Assembly: GCF_032062105.1 (NCBI RefSeq)
Contig: NW_026930920.1
Span: 1 to 64,000 of the forward strand
Source of the DNA: Saccostrea cucullata
Lineage: Eukaryota
Direction: 5' to 3'
Length of the DNA stretch: 64,000 bases
A program made the translations under genes and the position numbers. Below the pieces are notes generated by a model. The model had not been told where the DNA came from, did not search any database, and saw nothing but the letters and a program-made list of their open reading frames with translations. Of the stretch, positions 54,924-64,000 are shown in pieces. Position 1 is the stretch's first letter. Each line of letters opens with the position of its first letter.

Positions 54924-56554
54924 TCAAAACGACCATCCCTTTTCTTGGGTCTTCCCTCCGACACCGCCTCGTGGTGGAGGTGGTGTGAACTTCACGTTGG
55001 CGTGATGCGATCGATTCACGACCCCGCTCATCCAGGGCATGGCGCGGGGAGGAGATACAACCCGTGCATTCCGGCGACGCGGGGCACCGTACGATGTACC
55101 ACGGGTCGAGGCGGGAGCGAGCTGCTCCAGCAATCGAAGACGCGCCTCCAAACGCTCCAAGCGGTCCTCGTCCTTTTTCTGCATTTCCTCCAGATGTGCA
55201 ATCTTGTTATTCTGTTTTTCCTTTTCCTCGCGCAGTTCTGTGATTTGAATCTGCTGACGAGATCTTTCGCTGACGCCTTCATCATGAAGAACTTGAAGGT
55301 TTAGAATCTGAACCTTTTGTCTTTCGTTCTCGTCCTCAATATCTTTGATTTTCTGGAGTTGTTCATTCAGCTCCTGGTCTTTTTCTTCCAGCTCTTGTTT
55401 CTGTTGCTCTAACTTTTGTTTCAGTTTCTCTAATTCTTCAGCTTTCCTGTCGAGCTCTCCCTTAGTCTCAGTTTCGCATACGCCTTTGTCACGAAGTTTT
55501 TTGTTTTCAAGCTGAAGCTGAATGATTTGCTTTTGGAATGTGTTGAGTTTTTCAATAAGAGCCCGATTAGATTTTCGCAACCTCTCATTGTCTGCTTTCA
55601 CTCTCTGCAGTTCATCCCAACTTGGATTCGTCTGTTTTGTTGTCTGAACTATTTTTTGGAAAAGTTCAGCAATTGTTGGTGCAATGCGCACAAGTTCAGT
55701 TTCCAAAAGTTTCAAGTCTACTCCGGACTCGTTCACACCTACATTTGCCATAACTGCCGCTGCAGCTTGCACGGAAGCGGCTGCTTGGACGGGATCAGCA
55801 GCAAACGACACATTAGTACTGGCGCGAGAAATGGAAGATGACTGTCTGCTGTTCATTGTATTTTGTCTGTCGGCAAGGAGGTTTGCAGATATTTCAGTAT
55901 GGTTCTAAAGGAAGAAAATATACCTTAAAGATTTGACATTAGATAATAACTATTATTGTTTATAATTCTTTAAATTTCGAATAAAATTTGACCTGAAACA
56001 AATAGGTCTCCGATATTTGTATTATTTTGAAATACAGTACCTGGTCACAAGAACCTCCGGCGGCTGCAGGATCTGAAACACGTCATCGCAAATGAGCAAA
56101 TATTAAAAATCTCAAATACAACATTTAATTCTCTTCTTTTACCTTTCATAATTACTTCTTTTAATTGTACAAATAAATGGCTGTTTTTTTTAAATTAATC
56201 TTTCAGCAAAAAAAAAAAAGAAAAAAAAATCAGCTAACCTTCAGTAACTGGTTCCTTATGAACAGCGATCTCCATTTTTTCGTTGATTTCCTCAAATCTT
56301 CCAGAAGACTCTTGGCGGAGGAAATGACAAAAAGTTTCATATCCCTTGTCTCCCGTTTCCAACAAAATATTAAGAAACCTCTCAGCCCGCATCAATTTCG
56401 TGTTCGGTTTAACGTTATTTATGTCCTTCTTGTTTTCTTCCGTATAAATCCCGGCCTCTATCATTTTGTCTGTTATTTCCAGAACCGGAAGTTCCTGTTT
56501 TAGGAACATCCAGTTCCGCCACAACTTTCGCTCGTTTTCCGGATTCATTTTCAT
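54924..56554 (-). CDS. CARD-like + coiled-coil protein B (442 aa); exons 56554-56239, 56072-56041, 55904-54924
   Basis: ERKLWRNWMFLKQELPVLEITDKMIEAGIYTEENKKDI...RAERFLNILLETGDKGYETFCHFL is CARD-like. 316+32+981 nt splice in frame with GT/AG sites. Long heptad region. The frame stays open upstream to an AG at ~56625, so an extra 5' exon is possible. Confidence 0.85.
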
Positions 56555-58381
56555 CTTTTCTTCGTCATCTTCTTCGATTTTCTCTTTCTGAGCTTCATCT
56601 AGCTGATGTGTTGACTTCGACTTCTAAGATTCAAAATGGCTTCCACAATTCAAATTTGATTTGCCTTTGTGTCTTTGCATTGTTCCCAGTCATTTAAATT
56701 ATATCTGTAATTTTATTCGTAAGATCAGAATTCTTCACGGTGATGAGCCTTCGTTGTTCAAATAATAAAGTTGGGGTCCCATAGGTCAAAGAAGGGGGTC
56801 GGATTACACAAATATCCAATAAATATTCCCGCTAGCGATTGTTACATATTGAGATTATTTTTATAAAATTAATAACTAGGCAGATAAATCTCTATTTCTG
56901 GCAATAACAACTCTGACTACAGAGGTAACCTGTACGACAACGATACCAAACTCATTAATACTTCAACCGATCATGCATCAGAGGCGGGTTCGGATTTTGG
57001 TACACATGAAGAAGAGGGTATTTACAGTTTTAGGTTTACTGGTTTCCAAAGATTGCACATTTTCTGAAATCTTTGTTTGTCAGCTACATGAACATGATAT
57101 TTAAATTTGTCATTTTATTTAATTTGAATACGACATCAATCATTTCTTTAATATTAAGCTATCAGCAAACTTTTAAAATGCTCATGTAAAAATAACGCAG
57201 GCAATTAAAGTTTTACACATAAACTTATTTCAGACTGAAAAAATCCCCATCAAAATGATATGTAATCTATTTTTAGGTTCTAGTCTTCCGAAATCATTTA
57301 AATAATTGCAGCTTATAGAATTACATGATTTAAGCCATGCGTTGCTTTTTGTTTAAGAGCCATTTCTGTGAATATGAAGAGAAAGGAAACATCCAACATA
57401 TTGAATGTCAGCGTTAAAAATAATGCCAAAAGCAAAATTAACAAGGGAACCGCAAAGCGGAACATCCCCTGGCAAAAAAAGCATATCTATAAATCAAGGC
57501 AGCCCTCGACATCAATCTCGATGCAAATAACGTAACTTCCGTTACGTATACAAGGACAAACTAACCCACCCACACACACATACATGTACATAAAAGCCCC
57601 TCAAAAGAAATATGTTATCCACTTTCTCGCTGAGCAGACCAAATAAAGGCACATTTTAATGATTTTCGAAAAATCCACTTCTGCAATATCAATGTTTTAA
57701 AGCCATTGTATGAGTGTATGTGTGAAAGCTTATCGATACATATTAAAAAAGGGGCTGCGTTTAAAGGAAATGGATAAAACTGAAACGTCTCAGACTGTTT
57801 TTATGCATAGACATCGGAAGCATATTAAAAGTGCCCCCCCGCTCCCGGTTCTGACGAATATGGGCGCTTGAAATAGGAGAGTCTTCTGTAGTATGACAGA
57901 GTGTAGGGTGCTTGTACAAAGAAAATCAAAATAATGAAATGTTTTTATCTTTCCATTAACATCAAATAAACTTTTCTTTTTTAATGTATGACCCTCTCTT
58001 CAACGCAACATATCTGATGCTTTTGACAAAAGAAGTAAAGGAATTCTTAACTCAAATTTATCCTCACGATATTATTATATGCTCACATGTTCTGACTAGT
58101 TACTCACATAACTTAATGCAATAACTCTATGGATTGCTTAAAGTTCCTCTATTTGTCATTCTAAGCATGGTTACTTTTTCTTGAAGTCGCCATTCTGTAG
58201 ATTACAGGGTGTTATATACCCTATTTCTCTGGCTGTAAGACGTCACTTCTACATTATCAACTTTCGCAAACAATTCAATAAATTAATGAAGAATAAATTA
58301 ATGAAGAACGAGGGTATGAATTATTATTTTCCTGCACTACTGTGTCATAGCTCACGGTCCTATAGAAAATATTGCTTTCTT

Positions 58382-60490
58382 CACTCTAAAAAAAGTTTTA
58401 CTATTAATTTTCAAAATAAGTATTTGCATTTAGAAAAACAATAAACATTAAGTAATACAATTAGTCAGAATAGTAAGTAAAAGGCAATCCTGCTTAGTAA
58501 CTGCAATAATAAATAGTAAATACCAATAAAACAATTACTTGTCAATTCTTTTACTATTTATTATTATAATTACTGAAATAAGTATTAAAATAAGTATTAA
58601 GACTACTTATTTATATACTCAATTTATTACTCATTTCTAGTGATCAAATTTATATTTTTATTTCATAATTTTCTTAAATTAAGTAATTGGAATACTTATA
58701 CAAGTTTGAACCATTTACTTATTTCATATACATGTGGGATTGAAACAAGTAATTCATTTACTCATAAAAGTATAAACCATTTACTTATTTCATGTACATG
58801 GGATTGAAACAAGTAACTACTCATGTTTAGTAAATCCTTATTACTTCATTAAGAGATAATATGCTTTCTTTTTACTAGGTTTTATGAATTATTACTAAGT
58901 AATTGTAAATCTGAAATTAATAATTTAATTATTAAAATCAAGAATATTATTACTTCAAGAGAATGCCAAGTAAATGAAATATTTATCATATTTACTAAAA
59001 TCGACATTATTTCTTTGTAACTGTTTTATTATATTAAGCAATAAAACATTTAATTCCAATATCAAACGCCTTCTAAATAGAATAAGTTGTATATTTTTAA
59101 AGACCATTTTAAAAATGGTTGATAGTTTCAAGTACTTAATACAACATTTTAGTTAGTATAACTTTTTTTGACATGAAGAAATATTTAGAAGAAATATAAC
59201 TCCTCATCACAGACAATTAATATGGAAGCCATTAAGAATTCAGTCCTGATAGTAATTAGACTACCATTTTTAAGTAATTATTTGTATTGCAACTGCTCTG
59301 AATTCTCCTTGATTCAGTAAATAAATTATTGTTTTAAGTAAATCAATTGAATGCAATTTAAACAAGATGTGCTTGTGAAATACTGACCCCCCCCCATATG
59401 GCAACACAGCAAAGGTTTAACTTTTCTTATATACAAATTCAATATATTGGTATTTCTTGATCTCTCAAAGGTCAAGGTCAAATGGTCAATGTTATTGGTA
59501 TCTAATGAAAGGTCCTGCCATAAAAGATTCATATCTGAAATAAGAAAGCACTATCCCCAACCCTTCAGAAGTTATGGTGAAGTTTACTAACTTTGAAATG
59601 TAGATCAAACTCCAAGGTCAAGGACAAAGGGTAAGATTTGATGGCAAACCCAAAGAAAGGTCTTGTCACAAGGATGAAATATGTAAAGTATGAATGCACT
59701 AAATCCAACCTTTGTAAAGTTAAAGTCAAGGTCTGCTTTTTAAAAGTAGGTCAAACTCTAAGGTTAATGTCAAAGGATCAAAGTTCTTGGTATCTAATGA
59801 ATGGTCTTCTCACAGGAATTATATTTATATAAGTATGAAAGCCCTATCTCTTATCGTTCAAAAGTAATGGCCAAGGTTAACAGTTTTTTTTCACAAGGAT
59901 TGAAATCTCCAAGGTCAAGGGCAAATGGCCTAAACGCCAAAGCCCCAAGAAACTCCCTGCATAAGATCATCAACTGCATTATAATTGCTCAATTTATTTT
60001 ATGCATAAAATCATAAAGCTGCACATACTTAACATTACGGCAGGAAATATATGTATAAAGCACTTGACGTTTTCGGGACATGCATCCTAATATTCCTTAC
60101 GACAAAAGAATAAAGTTGATGCATGTACCGGTAAACACGGTATATATTAATTTATTTATAATTACAAACTTATTTGCATAATTTATCATTGCAGAATTCC
60201 TCAGAAACTTAAAATTAGACAATGCTTAAGTAATTGACATGTATAAGTAACTCTTTTAATTATATTTAGTAAGTGTTAATTACTTATCTAAACAAAATTC
60301 AGTAAAGAGGAAATACAAAGTAAATCAATTCTTTAAAATACAAAAATCAAGTAAAACATTTCAATCTAGTAATTTACATATGTTTCAGTAATTGATTTAA
60401 ATTTTTAAGTAAAGGCTTAGTAATTATCTATTACTTATCTTTGTTATTTCAAGTAAAAAATGACTACTAAGTAAAACTTTTTTAAGAGTG
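58382..60490. mobile_element. AT-rich non-autonomous CACTA/EnSpm-like element containing a Helentron-like insert (~59360-59920)
   Basis: TT|CACTCTAAAAAAAGTTTTACT ... AGTAAAACTTTTTTAAGAGTG|TT. Dense AGTAA/TTACT motifs throughout. Confidence 0.7.
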
Positions 60491-60932
60491 TTTTAATCTG
60501 TTTTAAAACTTTTAAAGCATTTTTGATTTGTAAAAAAACTAAAATTGTTGTTTTTCAATACTTAATATAAAAATACTCATCATAAATGTATGTGACATGA
60601 AAATTATGATTGATGAACGATATGAATTAATGGCAAATAAAAACTCTGAAGTTCTGAAAGCAAGACTTGAAGTCATTTATTTCATAAACATGAATTCATC
60701 GATAAAAAGAAAATAACAAATACAGTAAAATCATGAAAACAAAGGAAAGAGTCAAAATTTTGTTTGGAAAATTAATATCCATCGAAATTTTACATTGATG
60801 AAAGCACAAAAGCAAAAAAATACAAAGAGATGGAATATCCAAAAAAAATTGCCATTTATTACAACAGATAACATGGATAATGCTGAAATATTTATATGCT
60901 ACCGTGCTGATGACTTTTAATATTAGAAGTCT

Positions 60933-63546
60933 TCAAGTGATTTCGCTATTGTACATCTGACCTAAGAGCCGTTTGGTTGTCCTGAATTTGGGATCGCGAG
61001 TTTTGATGCCTTTATTCTTGTTGACGGGAGCTTCCTCTATCTGCTTCAATCTTTCTTCAAGCCTTCTCAGACGTTCATCGCCCTGCCTCTGTTTTAGCTC
61101 CAGCTGACGAATCTGCTCCTGTTGTTTTAATCTATCGTCTTTCAATATGGCGATTTCCTCTTGTTGCCGTTCGTTTTCTTGTTGGCCTTCTTCGTGTAGT
61201 ATCTCTAGTTTCGTGATCTGCCTTTTCTGTCGTATGATGTCCTTTTCGATTTCCTTTATTTTCATGAGCTGGATGTTAAGCTCCATCTCCTTCTCTTCCA
61301 AGGCATTTTTCTGCTCCTCCAATCTCCGTTCCATATCTTGCAGTTCTCTTGCCTTACGTACCAATTCTTCTTTAGCCTCTTTCGCTCCCTCTCCATTCTC
61401 TCTTAAATTTTTATTTTCCAACTGCAATTGAATGATTTTCTGTTGAAAATTGTTAAGCTTTTCTATCAAAGCTCGATTAGTTTTGCGCAGTCTTTCGTTT
61501 TCATCCTTGACCTTACGGATTTCTTCCTCGCTGACTGGTATGTTAGATGATGTTGTTTTCGAAATCTTCTGGAATAGCTCAGCAATGGTTGGTGCAATGC
61601 GGACGAGTTCTTGCTCCAAGATATTCATATCGACTGATAAACTTTTCTCGTTTAACCGTCTATCGTCGGAAGATGCTGCTGATGGTGGTTGATCACTTAC
61701 CACGTTTGATGATTGTGCTGGCTGTGGTTGACCAGGGAATCTAGTTACTGAATTCATCTCTCCCGTACTCGGTTGGCGAACCATACCTCGAGCGGCATTG
61801 TTACTGGTCGGCCGCCGGGAGGAGGCGCTGTTTGGAGTACTTCCTGAAGTCTGTGACCTCCATGCTTGTCTCGCTGATTTTCGGTTCTTCTCTCCGGTCT
61901 CCCCGTCTCTACTAATATCTGTGCTTCCGCTCTGCAATACACAAGTAAAGTTCTAATGAATATGTTTATAGATTTCAACTTCAAGATTATAATTCCATAC
62001 GCATTATACTGAAGGAAATACTTAAAATAATTGAAGAAAATTACTAGTGGTATGGAGAATTAAAATTTTCATGAAGAATTTGTGTATTTTATCAAATAAC
62101 AAACATTTTCTGATTTTCAAACACAAAACAGTGAGAATGCCTTTGTGTATTCATGTAAAATGATGACGAAATTCCATTTTCTTGAAATCTTTTCTACATG
62201 TATATCGAAATAAAAATTTTCAACCACTTTTCATTTCAGTTAGAACTCCTTACCGACGCCGTGGAAGGTCTGTTGGAGCCTCGGGTGTCAGGTCTAGGGT
62301 CACCTGAGGCAGCAGAGGCTGTAATTGATATAAATAATCCAATTAATAATAGCATTAATTAAACTGATTTCAAGACAAGGTCATTGGAATAGTTTGTTTT
62401 TCAAGGAAACTTCAAGACTTCAGGGCTGTTGTATCGATATTGAAAAACCTTTGTTCTAGAACTGCAGAGGTGTTCCTGGGATTAAAGTTACAAAAATTTG
62501 AGTTACTTGAAAGACCTTTTCTTTGTCTCTGTTTCCTGACCCGATTTATATGAATAGTCACGTGACTAGATCTGCAGGAAATGTTAGACCAAAGGGAAGT
62601 TGTGGATAAATGTGTGATTTAAACCTTTAAAAATTAGGGTAACCCCAGTGACGTCAATACATGGTCAAATTTCCAGAATGTAAAGAGAAAGAAACTAAAA
62701 ATGATTTTTAAGATTAAATTTTCATCTTGCTTTATCATTTAGCAAATACCTCTTAACAGACGTCATGTTTTTTTATCTTTCATTAATTGATGTTTCTTTT
62801 TGAAAATGTATTTCATTCATCTATACATTAACCCTCAATAACAATCGAAACAAACTATTAGGTCTATTTTATATAAACATCTATAAGTTTTATACAATAC
62901 CAAGATAAAAAAAACTCATTTAATTAAGATATTAAAGATTTAGAGAGGAATCGGAATGAATACGAATCAAATACAGAATACTTCATTTACTCCGTAAGTA
63001 TTACTCATGCATCTACAAGGAAATGTTATATTTCCCTTATATCTAATATCAATGGTCAATAAGTAGAGAAAGAAAATATTTTTGAAACTTTCTCTGCAGA
63101 TAGTTTGTTTTGTTTGATAAGTTTACTCTTCATCCTTTTCAAAAAACATTCTCTCAGATTACATTATTATTCTTTTCTACCGAAATTCTGCTACAAAATA
63201 TTTCTTAAAATTGATAAACTCTCTTACCATCATCCACTAGCGGATGGACGACCATGACGTTGCTGCTCGGGAGATTGAGTTTCTCCATCAGAGACGTATA
63301 TCTGTTATCACTCCTCATATCGTGCAGGACGGTGGTGAACATCTCGTAACCCCTCTCTCCTGTCTGGATCAGCACATTTAGGAACTTCTCGGCCTTCATT
63401 TGTCGCGTGCTAGGTTGCGCCATCATAATGTCTCTCTTATTTTGAGCAGTAAATATCCCAGCCTCCATCATCGCGTCGATGAAATCCTCTACATAAATCT
63501 CATTCTTCAAATACTGCCAATTCTTCCAAAGCATTCGCTCATCCAT
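60933..63546 (-). CDS. CARD-like + coiled-coil protein C (460 aa); exons 63546-63228, 62318-62254, 61931-60933
   Basis: MDERMLWKNWQYLKNEIYVEDFIDAMMEAGIFTAQNKRDI...KAEKFLNVLIQTGERGYEMFTTVL is CARD-like. 319+65+999 nt splice in frame. Clear paralog of gene B with the same intron phases. Confidence 0.87.
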
Positions 63547-64000
63547 TTTGACGCGATGCCTTTCCTTCGGTGCGATGATTCAGTAACTAGATTCTTTAAG
63601 TTGTTCGTTCTTTCCGATATTGTCTTATACTGCCAAATCTTTCGAGGCAAAGCCAGTGTTATCCTCATAAGAGAATGAACAACAGAATGACTTGGCAACG
63701 CAGAGGGTATCTCCAATTGATCAAAACTTAATTCAAGGACTTTGTCACGAGAAATTATGCAGCACAAAATCTAACCTCCTTAACGAACCTCGCCAATTTG
63801 CATACAGGATCGCTATTGGGTATCATCTCATCTTATTATTCTTTATTAAGATTTAAGTAATAAAAACATAACAGAAATAGAGGCAGGCATTTTTGTTGGC
63901 ACGATGCTATCTCTGTGGTTTAAAGCTCTGACTTTTTGTGTGCAATAGATCGAAGTATGTACGTCCTATTGTTATTCCAGGTGCAGGGGTTGCTGGTTGT

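Overview
AT-rich, intron-containing animal genomic DNA. The repeat families resemble those of bivalves, probably an oyster (inference; no search was run). Left to right: (1) the 5' part of a minus-strand S9-family peptidase gene running off the window; (2) a three-level nest of non-autonomous DNA transposons, with two IS3EU-like TIR elements carrying perfect 6-bp TSDs and a Helentron-type element inside; (3) a compact 3-exon, 100-aa gene resembling a stand-alone AAR2 N-terminal domain; (4) a complete NVL (AAA+ ATPase) gene whose 18.6-kb intron hosts four intact antisense copies of a 132-aa gene of unrecognised family, each with a 25-bp tandem array starting at the stop codon (4, 10, 12 and 7 units); (5) three tandem minus-strand genes encoding an N-terminal CARD-like death-fold domain plus a long coiled coil. 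Many MITEs, Helentron-like repeats and LINE or Penelope fragments lie between these. Exon boundaries were worked out by eye from GT/AG sites and frame continuity.
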